A stretch of 64,000 nucleotides of DNA from contig CAVZQC010000004.1 of NCBI GenBank assembly GCA_963777315.1, positions 416,001 through 480,000 on the forward strand, read 5' to 3'. The translations under genes were made by a program, and so were the position numbers. The stretch comes from Vulcanimicrobiota bacterium (GTDB lineage Bacteria; Vulcanimicrobiota; Vulcanimicrobiia; Vulcanimicrobiales; Vulcanimicrobiaceae). Positions 23,183 through 32,692 of this stretch are shown piece after piece. Each line of letters opens with the position of its first letter. The stretch's first letter is position 1. Under the pieces are notes generated by a model. The model searched no databases. It saw only the letters and a program-made list of their open reading frames with translations, and had not been told where the DNA came from.

Positions 23183-23718
23183 CGCAGTGCATTTCACGCC
23201 GGCGGCGGTTTGCGGTGGCCGGATGCGCGCTCGTCCTTGCGGGTACCGTATTCCGGTGCCAGATAGCGCAGGCATTAGTGGTGCGCGGCGACGATTTTCT
23301 GTACCGCGGCCGCAGCGCGGCAGCTCTATCGCGTTATGCGCGGGCGCTTGCTCTCGATCCGGATCTCGGCACTGCAGCCGACCACTACGTGTTCGTGTCG
23401 ATGGAACGCCATACCGCCCCGGCGCTACGCTCGAGCATCGTGGCGGCTGATGCATATTTGGCGCGCCATCCGGCGGATTCGACGGTGTTGGCCGATCGCG
23501 CGCTGTGCCGTTTGCTCGAGAAACGCTACGGTGCGGCTCGCCGCGACTTCGAAGCTGCAGGCCGCGCTTCACAAGACCCGCGCGAATACGTTTTCGGCGG
23601 GTGGGCCGCCGAGCGTTCCGGCGATGCCGTAACCGCTCGCCGGTTGTGGAGGACGGCGCTTGCGCTCGATGCGCACTACCGGCCCGCCATGCTGGCTCTG
23701 AAAGAAGCGGCCAGATGA
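23179..23718 (+). CDS. TPR-like helical repeat protein with N-terminal anchor
   Basis: YARALALDP, ARRDFEAA and LWRTALALD helical repeats; translationally coupled on both sides. Confidence 0.6.
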   Translation: MTQCISRRRRFAVAGCALVLAGTVFRCQIAQALVVRGDDFLYRGRSAAALSRYARALALDPDLGTAADHYVFVSMERHTAPALRSSIVAADAYLARHPADSTVLADRALCRLLEKRYGAARRDFEAAGRASQDPREYVFGGWAAERSGDAVTARRLWRTALALDAHYRPAMLALKEAAR

Positions 23719-24332
23719 CGGACACGGCATGGCTTGCGGCACTCGCGGCATGCGTCAACGTCGCGGCGTGTGCGATTGCCGCGCGCGTTGCGCGCACAGC
23801 CGGTCTCAAACTGTGCTTTGGGACCACATACGGCGTATCCGTGCTGACGGCCGCAATGCTTTGTCAAGGGTTCGTCGCGTGGCGCATAGAGAATCACGCG
23901 GCGGCCATTGCAACGATCGTTGCGATCGCTGCGGTTGCGGCGAGCGCCGTCACCGATGCGCAGACCGGCTACGTTTTCGATGCGCTTACGTTCCCATGCG
24001 TTGCGATCGTTTTGGTCGTTTCGTGGTTCGAGCATGCGGGCGGTCCGGCGTTGATCGGAATGGCGGCGACAGGCGGCGCGCTGGCGTTGCTGTACTGCGC
24101 GACGCTCGGACGCGGCCTGGGTTTGGGCGACGTGAAGTTGGCCTGCTGCATCGGTGCGGCATTGGGGGCGGCGAGCGGTCTTGCGGCCCTCGGAGCGGCG
24201 TTCGTTCTGGGAGGCGTATACGCGGGGTGGCTGCTCCTTGCGCGCCGCGGCCGGCGCGGCGACGCTATTGCGTTTGCCCCGTACCTCTCGTACGGGATGG
24301 CGATCGTCGTACTGTACGGAGCCGTATCGTGA
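23715..24332 (+). CDS. pilD: Prepilin peptidase (A24 family), short form
   Basis: TDAQTGYVFD, GLGLGDVKL and IAFAPYL motifs; lacks the Cys-rich N-terminal methylase domain. Confidence 0.82.
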   Translation: MTDTAWLAALAACVNVAACAIAARVARTAGLKLCFGTTYGVSVLTAAMLCQGFVAWRIENHAAAIATIVAIAAVAASAVTDAQTGYVFDALTFPCVAIVLVVSWFEHAGGPALIGMAATGGALALLYCATLGRGLGLGDVKLACCIGAALGAASGLAALGAAFVLGGVYAGWLLLARRGRRGDAIAFAPYLSYGMAIVVLYGAVS

Positions 24333-25294
24333 AACCGGCTACGCTCCCATTGGGGATCGATATTGGAGCGACCCGGATCCGGGTAGCGCAAGCACACGCG
24401 ACGGCGCACGGTGCGCAACTTACCGCGGTAGCGGTTCGCGATCTTTGTGCGGGAGCGGCTTCGTCGGGATCGCTCGCGGAGCCTGAATACGTCGCTGCCG
24501 TGCTCGAGGACGCGGTATCCGAACTAGGAACGCGCGAGAGGCGGTGCATAGCCAGCGTCGGCGAGCCGGACGCTCTGCTGCGTGCTATGAGCTTTCCGAA
24601 AATGAGCGCGCTGGAACGCGAACGCTGTGGGCGATATGAGGCGCGGCGGCACGTCGATTTTCCGCCTGCCGAAGCGACGGTACAGATTCATCCCTTGGAT
24701 CCGGCAAACGCGGTGTGGGCGCTAGGCATCGCGCGCAGCGCCGTACTGGAATCGCGCATTGCTGCACTGCGAGCAGCCAAGCTGAAACCGGCGGCGATCG
24801 ACCACGAGGCCTGCGCACTGCTCAGAGCGCTGCCGGAATTCGATGCAGTCATCGACGTAGGCTACCAGCGCGCCAGCATGCACGTGCGCACGAAGCAAAC
24901 GCCGCAGACGCTGCAGACGTTCACCGGAGGTTGCGACGTTACTCGCGCCATCGAACGCGATCTTTCCGTGGACGAACATACTGCCGAGAAACGCAAACGG
25001 ATCCTCGGAACTGCAGGCGCGGGCGAAGGAGCGAGATCCGCGTTGGTTGCCGACATCGCCGGCTGCGTGGGAAGTTTATGCAAAGCGCATGAGATCGAAC
25101 GCATCGCACTAACCGGAAATGGCGCGCGTCTGCCGGGCTTTCCAGCGGAACTCGAAGCGGCTACGGGCCTGCCGTGCGAGCTTGCGGTTGGCCAAGCATT
25201 GCGCAGCGACAGGTATCCCGAGGACGTAGTGCGGTCGAGTGCACCGGATTGGACGCTCGCAGCAGGTTTGGCGTTGTGGAGGAGCAGCAGTTGA
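24329..25294 (+). CDS. pilM: Type IV pilus alignment protein PilM
   Basis: LGIDIG, VIDVG, GGCDVT and ALTGNGA actin-like motifs; operon position. Confidence 0.85.
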   Translation: MKPATLPLGIDIGATRIRVAQAHATAHGAQLTAVAVRDLCAGAASSGSLAEPEYVAAVLEDAVSELGTRERRCIASVGEPDALLRAMSFPKMSALERERCGRYEARRHVDFPPAEATVQIHPLDPANAVWALGIARSAVLESRIAALRAAKLKPAAIDHEACALLRALPEFDAVIDVGYQRASMHVRTKQTPQTLQTFTGGCDVTRAIERDLSVDEHTAEKRKRILGTAGAGEGARSALVADIAGCVGSLCKAHEIERIALTGNGARLPGFPAELEAATGLPCELAVGQALRSDRYPEDVVRSSAPDWTLAAGLALWRSSS

Positions 25295-25851
25295 TGTCGT
25301 TCGACTACCTTCGATCGGCTCGAGCCGACTGGATCCGGCGCGTTATGGACCTGCGCGTTCCGCCGCGTCTTCACGCAGCGCTGCTTGCGCTCGCAACCGC
25401 CGCAGCACTGGCCGGCAGCGTTTGGGTGGTCGAAGGCTGCAGGCTCGCCGGCGCACGCCGAATGGAAGCCGCATACAGCGTACGCTTTACGGAAAGCGAG
25501 CGGGCAGTACGAAGGTCCAACGTCTACTACGCGCGAGTGAATGCGCTCGTGGCGCTAGACGCGCGCGTGCAAAACATCGTGGATTCCGGCAATCGCGACG
25601 CACGGCGGCTGGCCGAGATCGCGAACAATCTTCCGCCTCATGCATGGCTTGCGTCGATAGCGCGCGACGACCGCGGCGTAACGCTGGAGGGACGCGCACG
25701 CGATCTTCGCGTGCTCGGCGGCGTGCTTAGCGCGTTCGCCCGCGGGCGCAGGGTGCGCAACGCGTCTTTAGTGAACGCACACGAAGTCTTGGACCGAGGC
25801 GGTGCGCCGGTCGTCAATTACACCGTGCACGCGGACGCTGCGCCGCAATGA
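25294..25851 (+). CDS. pilN: PilN family protein
   Basis: TM plus coiled coil, then LPPHAWLASI...VTLEGRA; follows pilM. Confidence 0.75.
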   Translation: MSFDYLRSARADWIRRVMDLRVPPRLHAALLALATAAALAGSVWVVEGCRLAGARRMEAAYSVRFTESERAVRRSNVYYARVNALVALDARVQNIVDSGNRDARRLAEIANNLPPHAWLASIARDDRGVTLEGRARDLRVLGGVLSAFARGRRVRNASLVNAHEVLDRGGAPVVNYTVHADAAPQ

Positions 25852-26471
25852 ACCTTCGATTCCGCGCAGGCGACGACGTCCGGCTTGTCTGGTTTTTGGC
25901 GATCGTCGCAGCAATCGCCGGCCCCTTCAGCGTTGGGTCCCGGTACGAGCCGGCCATTTCGGCATCGCGCGAGAGCGCCTCGTCGTTCTCGCGCAGAACC
26001 GCCGCCAACGAGCGGATTGTCGCGCAGGCAGCGGCATTTGGGCGCGCACAAGCTGCAGCGGCGCGCGACCTGCAGCGAATCTCGCACGAGACGTCGCTGT
26101 CCATAAGCACTGCGGAGCTGGTTGCGACGTTGGATCGCTCGGCCGCGGCCTTTCACGTACGAATTCCCTCAATCGAACCGGCCGCCGCAACGCCTGCTGT
26201 TACCGGCGCGCCGCCCGCCGTAGAAGACCATGCGCTTGAGGGTACCGCAATGACGATACGAGTCCGCGGCCGGTTTGACGACGTACTGCGTTTTATACAG
26301 GCGCTCTCCCACAACCGTACGCTCATTGGGGTATCGGATACGCAGCTCGCACTCGCGAGCGGCCCAATCGACGCGCGATTCCCGGTGCTGGACACGACGA
26401 TCCATGCCACTCTGTACCGCTTGCGCCTGCCGCTTACCGGCAAGGAGGATCACGTTGCGGCCAATCCATGA
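25848..26471 (+). CDS. pilO: PilO family protein
   Basis: TM plus IRVRGRFDDVLRFIQAL motif; follows pilN. Confidence 0.72.
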   Translation: MNLRFRAGDDVRLVWFLAIVAAIAGPFSVGSRYEPAISASRESASSFSRRTAANERIVAQAAAFGRAQAAAARDLQRISHETSLSISTAELVATLDRSAAAFHVRIPSIEPAAATPAVTGAPPAVEDHALEGTAMTIRVRGRFDDVLRFIQALSHNRTLIGVSDTQLALASGPIDARFPVLDTTIHATLYRLRLPLTGKEDHVAANP

Positions 26472-27003
26472 TGTGCAGCGCCGCCGGCTGCTCGCGCTTT
26501 CGGCGATGTTCTGCTCGCTACCGATAGTTCTCGCTCCCCTCGCGGCGCAATCTTCGTTCGAACTTCCAACCGAACGTTCAGCTTTCGATGCGCGCATCAC
26601 TGTGCCGGTACCACCGCGCCCGGCCGGCACCAAGCCGGTGGTGGCCGCGCGCGATCCTTTCGTACCCGACGCTGGCGCGCAGGCGCAGATTGCGCGCGTA
26701 CCGGTACCGGCTGCGGAGCCAATCTCCGGCATGCGCGTCGAACAAGGTCAACCGCTCGGTTTTGCTCTGCCCGCGAACGCAGGCGCATTGGGTTCGCCGC
26801 CCGCGGGCGAAGTTTCGGGCCTTCTTGCCGTTCGCGCCATCGTCAAAGGCGCATCGGCCCGCGCGCTCGTTGACGAAGGAGGGGCGGTTCGGGTCATAGC
26901 GGTGGGCGACGCGCTCGGCGGATCGATCGTAACGGCCATCGACGCGTCGCGAATCCGGCTCAAAAACGCACGAGTTCTCGTGCTCGAACAGGAGGGTTTG
27001 TAA
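26455..27003 (+). CDS. PilP-like protein
   Basis: TTG after AAGGAGG; RDPF motif and C-terminal beta domain (ALVDEG...VGDALGG...IDASRIRL); lies between pilO and the secretin. Confidence 0.6.
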   Translation: MRPIHDVQRRRLLALSAMFCSLPIVLAPLAAQSSFELPTERSAFDARITVPVPPRPAGTKPVVAARDPFVPDAGAQAQIARVPVPAAEPISGMRVEQGQPLGFALPANAGALGSPPAGEVSGLLAVRAIVKGASARALVDEGGAVRVIAVGDALGGSIVTAIDASRIRLKNARVLVLEQEGL

Positions 27004-28382
27004 TGCGCGCGATCTTGGCGCTTGTCCTGACGCTGGCCGTCTGCATTCCGGCGTACGCACGCGGAGAGCGTATCAGCATCGACGTGCACGACGCCGATTT
27101 GGGCGACGTCATCGGGCTGCTGGCCGCGGAATCCGGCGCAAACATCGTCGCCGACTCGTCGGTCAAGCCGGAAAAAGTGACGCTTCATCTGCGCGGCGTG
27201 ACGTTCGAGGATGCCCTTACCGTTCTGGTCCAGTCGCACGATCTGCAGGTGCGCAGGCAAAACGGCGTCATCATCGTCGGCACCAGCGAGTCGATGAACC
27301 GACGCTACGGCAATCAAAACGATGCCCGCAGCGCCAAGACGGTGGTTTTGGCCCTCGCGCACGCCACTCCGGACGACGTTGCCAAAGAATTGACGGCGGG
27401 TTTGCCTGAAGGCACGGTAATCGTGCCCGACAAGCGCACGCAGAGCGTGATCGTCACCGGCAATAGCGATACGGTCGCCCGTGCGAAGACGCTGGCCGGG
27501 GCACTCGACGCGCCCGAATATGCGGGCAACGACGGGAACCTGGCCCATGTGTATCCCTTGCGGTACGTCAAGCCGGCCCAGGTCGTCGCCGATCTCAAAG
27601 GCGTACTGCCCGATGGATCCTACGTTGCCGACGACGCGCAGAACGCGATCGTCGTCAGCGGAAACCAGGAAGTGCAGCATTCCGCCGATCAGTTCGTACG
27701 CAGCATCGACGTGCCCAGTCCGCAGGTGCTGTTCGAGGTGCGCGTCGCCGACATTCAACCCGAAAACACGCAGAGCGACGTCGGCATCGAATTCGGCGGT
27801 TACGATCTTTCAGGCCAGCCGATCAGCGGAGCAGCGACGTACGCTTTTGCGCGCAACTCAATTGCGATCAACGCGCGGCTGAACGCGCTGGTCAGCAACG
27901 GTCACGCGCAGATTTTGGCTACCCCCAAACTGGTCACGCTCAACAATAAGGAAGCGGACCTGCTCATCGGGCAAACCTATCCCGTAATCTACTACGATGC
28001 GCGTTTGGGCGGACAGCAAGTGCAGTTCGTCGACATCGGCGTGAAATTGCGTCTGACGCCGACGATCGGCGCCGACGGCAGCGTGACCGCCGAGATGCAT
28101 CCCGAATACAGCGCGATTCAGGCATTCGTCGGCGGCTATCCCGTGATCGCCAACCGAAAGGTGGATTCAACGCTGCGCGTGCGCGATAATCAAACGATCG
28201 TGCTGGGCGGGCTGCTGCGCGACATCGATTCACAGACCATCACCAAACTGCCCGGACTGGCCGACATTCCGATCCTCGGCAAGGTGTTTCAGAACCGCCA
28301 GCGCACGCGGGAACGTGACGAGGTCGTATTCCTCATCACGCCGCACGTGATTTATCCGGGCGGTCCGGTGCCCGATCGTTGA
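27003..28382 (+). CDS. pilQ: Secretin PilQ/GspD
   Basis: Signal peptide, N0 domain (ISIDVHDADL), N3-like repeats, QVLFEVRV, ATPKLVTLNNKEA, LPGLADIPILG, VFLITPHVI. Confidence 0.9.
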   Translation: MRAILALVLTLAVCIPAYARGERISIDVHDADLGDVIGLLAAESGANIVADSSVKPEKVTLHLRGVTFEDALTVLVQSHDLQVRRQNGVIIVGTSESMNRRYGNQNDARSAKTVVLALAHATPDDVAKELTAGLPEGTVIVPDKRTQSVIVTGNSDTVARAKTLAGALDAPEYAGNDGNLAHVYPLRYVKPAQVVADLKGVLPDGSYVADDAQNAIVVSGNQEVQHSADQFVRSIDVPSPQVLFEVRVADIQPENTQSDVGIEFGGYDLSGQPISGAATYAFARNSIAINARLNALVSNGHAQILATPKLVTLNNKEADLLIGQTYPVIYYDARLGGQQVQFVDIGVKLRLTPTIGADGSVTAEMHPEYSAIQAFVGGYPVIANRKVDSTLRVRDNQTIVLGGLLRDIDSQTITKLPGLADIPILGKVFQNRQRTRERDEVVFLITPHVIYPGGPVPDR

Positions 28383-28397
28383 GCCGCTACGGGCGCT

Positions 28398-28982
28398 TTA
28401 GACTTGGGTCGTTTGGCGCAGCTCTCCACGGGTGCGCGACGTTTCGAACAGGCGAATCATCGCCTCGTTGAACACCGGAATGTCGTCGGGCTTGCGGCTG
28501 GTGGTGAGGTTTTGATCCGTTACGCTGGGTTCATCGACCCAGTTGCCGCCCGCGTTGCGGATGTCGGTTTGCAGCGACGGCCACGACGTCATGCGCTTGC
28601 CCCGAACGGCGTCCACCTCAACAAGCGACCACGGTCCGTGACAGATTGCGGCAATCGGTTTGCCGGCGTCCACGAACGCCTTTACGAACTGCATTGCTTT
28701 TGGGTTCATTCGTAAACGGTCCGGATTGGCCACTCCGCCGGGCAGCAGCAACGCATCGTAGTCATCGGGCTTGGCTTGCTCCAGGTTCAGATCGACGGCG
28801 AAGGTATCGCCTTTCTCGTCGTGGTTCATGCCCTGAATGCGATCTTTTTGCGGTGAAACGAGGGCCGTGCGCGCACCTGCGTCTTCGAGCGCTTGGCGCG
28901 GCTGAGTCAACTCGGCTTGTTCGAACATGTTCTCGCAGAGTATTGCGACCTGCATGCCCTCTAAACGGTTCGTTGTAGTCAT
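28398..28982 (-). CDS. PfpI/DJ-1 family type 1 glutamine amidotransferase-like protein (general stress)
   Basis: FEQAEL, LLLPGGVANPD, AAICHGPW and TSRKPDD motifs. Confidence 0.92.
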   Translation of the reverse strand: MTTTNRLEGMQVAILCENMFEQAELTQPRQALEDAGARTALVSPQKDRIQGMNHDEKGDTFAVDLNLEQAKPDDYDALLLPGGVANPDRLRMNPKAMQFVKAFVDAGKPIAAICHGPWSLVEVDAVRGKRMTSWPSLQTDIRNAGGNWVDEPSVTDQNLTTSRKPDDIPVFNEAMIRLFETSRTRGELRQTTQV

Positions 28983-28991
28983 GCAGCACGA

Positions 28992-29016
28992 ATACCCTCG
29001 GATTGGGCGGCTAAAC
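28992..29016 (-). promoter_or_regulatory. SigB/SigF-type promoter of the pfpI-like gene
   Basis: Minus strand GTTTAG-N13-GGGTAT versus B. subtilis sigma-B consensus GTTTAA-N12-14-GGGTAT, 9 nt before the ATG. Confidence 0.7.
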
Positions 29017-29112
29017 GGCGTCGCCCGCGCTGGTGGTTGACGGCCTCTAGCTCGGTTAAGGACGACTGCAACCGGAGCGGGCGGCGTCACGGGTGCCGAT
29101 GAAGTAGACGCT

Positions 29113-29910
29113 ATGAACGGCGGGTCGATGCCGGTGCTGTTTTTCGGTCACGGCAATCCTATGAACGCGCTTTTGGACAACGCTTATACGCAGCAGTGGA
29201 GGGCGATCGGCCGCGATCTCCCCAAGCCTGCAGCGGTACTGGCCGTCTCGGCGCATTGGTACGTGGAACACACAGCCGTGACGGTTTCGTCCGCGCCCCG
29301 AACGATTCACGATTTCGGCGGTTTTCCGCGAGCGCTGTACGAGCTGGAGTATCCCGCGCCCGGCAGCGAACGGCTCGCACGGCGCGTGCGGGATTTGCTT
29401 GCGCCGAGCGTGGGCGTGGGTTTGGATGAAGACTGGGGGCTCGATCATGGGACGTGGTCGGTGCTCGTTCACGTTTTTCCGAGTGCCGACGTGCCGGTGG
29501 TGCAGTTGAGCGTCGACGAGACGCAGCCGCCGGCGTTCCACTACGAACTGGGCAAACGGCTGCAGCCGCTGCGCGACGAAGGCGTGCTGATCGTGGGAAG
29601 CGGCAACGTCGTTCACAATTTGCACGCCTTCGCATGGGGCGGCCACCCGGTGCAGCCGTTCGACTGGGCGCAGCGATTCGAGGGCCGCGTGCGCGAGCTG
29701 CTGATCGCGCACAACGATGCACCGCTGATCGATTACGAATCACTGGGGCGCGACGCGCTGCTTTCGGTGCCCACGCCGGATCACTACTTGCCGCTGCTGT
29801 ACGTGCTGGGCGCTCGGCGCGAGTCCGATACGGTTCGTTTTCCCGTCGAAGGAGTCGACGGCGGTTCGGTTTCGATGCTGGCGCTCGACCTGCGCGAGCT
29901 ACGTCCGTGA
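29113..29910 (+). CDS. ygiD: 4,5-DOPA dioxygenase extradiol (YgiD/LigB family)
   Basis: FFGHGNPMN, SAHW, HDFGGFP, GLDHGTW, GSGNVVHNL and PTPDHYLPL motifs. Confidence 0.9.
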   Translation: MNGGSMPVLFFGHGNPMNALLDNAYTQQWRAIGRDLPKPAAVLAVSAHWYVEHTAVTVSSAPRTIHDFGGFPRALYELEYPAPGSERLARRVRDLLAPSVGVGLDEDWGLDHGTWSVLVHVFPSADVPVVQLSVDETQPPAFHYELGKRLQPLRDEGVLIVGSGNVVHNLHAFAWGGHPVQPFDWAQRFEGRVRELLIAHNDAPLIDYESLGRDALLSVPTPDHYLPLLYVLGARRESDTVRFPVEGVDGGSVSMLALDLRELRP

Positions 29911-29926
29911 AGGGACGAACGTCGAC

Positions 29927-31081
29927 GTGTTTCGCTATTTGACCGCGGGCGAATCGCATGGTCCCGCGCTGGTCGGCATTCTGGATGGAGTGCCCGCCGG
30001 GCTGCGGCTGGACCTCGAGCGAATCAACGAAACGCTGCGGGCCAGGCAAGGCGGCCACGGGCGGGGTGCGCGCATGAACGTTGAGCGCGACGCCGTCGAC
30101 TTTCTGGCCGGCGTGCGAGGATCCCAAACGCTGGGATCGCCGATTGCAGCGTCGATCAAAAATCGCGATTTCGAAAACGTGCGCGAGCTGATGGATCCCG
30201 TCACCGGTTCCGGCGCGCCGCTGACCAACCCGCGACCGGGTCATGCCGACTATGCCGGCGCACTCAAATATCGCCACCGCGATCTGCGCAACGTACTGGA
30301 GCGAGCCAGTGCGCGAGAGACCGCGATGCGCGTGTGCTTGGGCGCGATTTGCGCGCAGTTTCTCGAGGCGCTGGGAATTACGACGCGTTCCTACGTGCAC
30401 CGCATCGGGTCTATCGAAGCGCCGCAGTTCGACCACTTTTCGCAGGCGGACGTCGACGCGAGCGAGGTCCGTTGCCCCGACGCGGCAACCTCGCGCGCGA
30501 TGGTCGAAGCGATCGATGCCGCGAAAGCAGCCGGCGATACGTTGGGAGGCCAATACGTCGTTCGCGTGGACGGCATACCGGCAGGCGTGGGCAGTAATCG
30601 CCAGCCCGACACGCGTCTGGACGGCGTTCTCGCGGGCGCGCTCATGGGCATGCAGACCGTTAAGGCGGTCGAAGTCGGCTTGGGCGCGCAAGCCGCATCG
30701 CGTTCGGGCTCTGCCGCGCACGACACGTTCGCTCTGGAGCGCAACGAGGTTGTGCGTGGGAGCAATCGCGCGGGCGGCATCGAGGGTGGAATCAGCAACG
30801 GACAGCCGATCGTTTTGCGCGCGAGCGTCAAACCGATTCCAACGCTGATGAAGGCGCTGCCTTCGGTCAACCTGCACGAAAGAACGAACGCGCGCGCTTC
30901 CATCGTGCGCAGCGACGTGTGCGTGGTTCCGGCTGCAGGCATCGTCGGTGAGGCCATGGTGCGGCTTGCTCTCATGGCCCCCGTGCTCGAAAAGTACGGT
31001 GGCGATTCGATGGAGGAAACCCTGGACAATTTTCGCCGCAGCACTCAAGCGTCGGCCGCGCTGTTTTCGGGGGCGGAATAA
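29927..31081 (+). CDS. aroC: Chorismate synthase
   Basis: TAGESHG, PRPGHAD, ERASARETA, GGIEGGISNG and RSDVC motifs. Confidence 0.97.
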   Translation: MFRYLTAGESHGPALVGILDGVPAGLRLDLERINETLRARQGGHGRGARMNVERDAVDFLAGVRGSQTLGSPIAASIKNRDFENVRELMDPVTGSGAPLTNPRPGHADYAGALKYRHRDLRNVLERASARETAMRVCLGAICAQFLEALGITTRSYVHRIGSIEAPQFDHFSQADVDASEVRCPDAATSRAMVEAIDAAKAAGDTLGGQYVVRVDGIPAGVGSNRQPDTRLDGVLAGALMGMQTVKAVEVGLGAQAASRSGSAAHDTFALERNEVVRGSNRAGGIEGGISNGQPIVLRASVKPIPTLMKALPSVNLHERTNARASIVRSDVCVVPAAGIVGEAMVRLALMAPVLEKYGGDSMEETLDNFRRSTQASAALFSGAE

Positions 31082-31605
31082 TGCGAAAGCACTTGGCGCT
31101 CACGGGCTTCATGGCCGCCGGGAAATCGACGATCGGCAAACGCCTTGCCCGCAAGCTCGGCGTACGGTTCTACGACATCGACGATATCGTCGTGCAGTCG
31201 CACGGTCCCATCAGCGACATCTTCTATGCGCAAGGCGAAGCGCGGTTTCGCTCGTACGAATATGACGCAATCGAAAACGTCATCGAGCACGAAGCCGCCG
31301 GCGTCATTGCGCTCGGAGGCGGTGCGGTGACCTTCGAAGACACGCTCAAACTGCTCAAGAAACGCACGTATCGCGTGTTCGTCAAGGTTGCGCCCGAGCA
31401 GATTCTGGGACGACTGCGCCGCAGCAAGCTCGTGCGTCCGCTCATCGGCCCGACCCCGTCGCTTTCCAAGATCAAGGAATTGTACGCCAAGCGCATGCCG
31501 CAGTACTCGCACGCCGATTTGGTGGTCGAAGCGCAGGATCTGAGCACCGCGCAGATCGTCGAACAAATCCTGGAGTGGCTGCAGCGCAAGAACATCGAGC
31601 TGTGA
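31081..31605 (+). CDS. aroK: Shikimate kinase
   Basis: GFMAAGKSTIG, GEARFR, ALGGG and RPL motifs. Confidence 0.93.
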   Translation: MRKHLALTGFMAAGKSTIGKRLARKLGVRFYDIDDIVVQSHGPISDIFYAQGEARFRSYEYDAIENVIEHEAAGVIALGGGAVTFEDTLKLLKKRTYRVFVKVAPEQILGRLRRSKLVRPLIGPTPSLSKIKELYAKRMPQYSHADLVVEAQDLSTAQIVEQILEWLQRKNIEL

Positions 31606-32645
31606 TCTGCGTTCGGCGATCGGTGCGCGAGCCGCTGCACCGGTTCGTGCGCGAGCATGCGGTCGAGCGATGCATCATACTGTGCGACAGCAATGTCGCA
31701 GGACAAGCCCACGCCGTGACGCAGGGGCTGCGCGGCCGCATCGGCATGTTGTCCTTTCGATTGGGAGAGGGCCGCAAAACGCTTGGAACAGCGGCGGAAG
31801 TGCTCGAGGCGCTCGCGCGCGCGGGAACGGATCGCCGCACGACGGTCGTGGGCGTGGGCGGCGGCGTGGCCGGCGATCTGTTCGGTTTTGCCGCATCGAC
31901 CTTTATGCGCGGCGTTCCGTATATTCACGTGGCTACCAGCCTGGTCGCCATGGCCGATGCCGCCATCGGCGCAAAGACCGGCGTGAACTTGCCCGCAGGC
32001 AAGAACCTGTGCGGCACGTTCGCCGAACCTATCGCCGTATTCGCCTGGATCGATGCGTTGCAAACGTTGCCGTACCGCAACCTGCGCGACGGGCTGGCGG
32101 AAATCGTGAAATGCGCGATCGTCGAAGGCGACGAGTTCTTCGAGGCGCTGGAAAATCTCGCGCCTCATCCGTTCGTTCGCTGGCCTTGGGAGACCGTCGT
32201 TTCTTACGCGCAGCAAGTGAAAACGGCCATCGTCAACGACGACCGTCACGAGCGCGGCATGCGGCAACTGCTCAATTTGGGCCATACGTTCGGGCACGCG
32301 ATCGAAAGCGCTTCGGGCTATCGGGTCTCGCACGGCGCCGGGGTTTCGATCGGTTTGCGCGCAGCCGGGCTGCTGGCCCTGCGCACCGGACGCTTCAGTG
32401 AGCGCGATCATCTTCGGGTTTTGGCACTGCTCGCGTTGCTCAAACTTCCCGCAACGACGCGCGAGCAGCCCAAGCGCGTGTTCGCAGCGATGCAGAGCGA
32501 TAAGAAGAAGACGGGGAGGGCGCTGCGGTTCGTTCTGCCGCGAGCGATCGGAGACGTTGAATACGGCGTGCGAGTGCGCACGGATTCCGTTCGCGCCGTT
32601 TTAGAAAAGTTGCAAGCAGCGCCGGGAGGCGACGAATTCCGCTAG
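31602..32645 (+). CDS. aroB: 3-dehydroquinate synthase
   Basis: GGGVAGD, DAAIGAKTG, LNLGHTFGHAIE, HG and DKK motifs. Confidence 0.95.
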   Translation: MICVRRSVREPLHRFVREHAVERCIILCDSNVAGQAHAVTQGLRGRIGMLSFRLGEGRKTLGTAAEVLEALARAGTDRRTTVVGVGGGVAGDLFGFAASTFMRGVPYIHVATSLVAMADAAIGAKTGVNLPAGKNLCGTFAEPIAVFAWIDALQTLPYRNLRDGLAEIVKCAIVEGDEFFEALENLAPHPFVRWPWETVVSYAQQVKTAIVNDDRHERGMRQLLNLGHTFGHAIESASGYRVSHGAGVSIGLRAAGLLALRTGRFSERDHLRVLALLALLKLPATTREQPKRVFAAMQSDKKKTGRALRFVLPRAIGDVEYGVRVRTDSVRAVLEKLQAAPGGDEFR

Positions 32646-32692
32646 TCCGCTCGGTCGATGCGCTGGCCGCCATTCGATCGTCCCGTTTCGAT

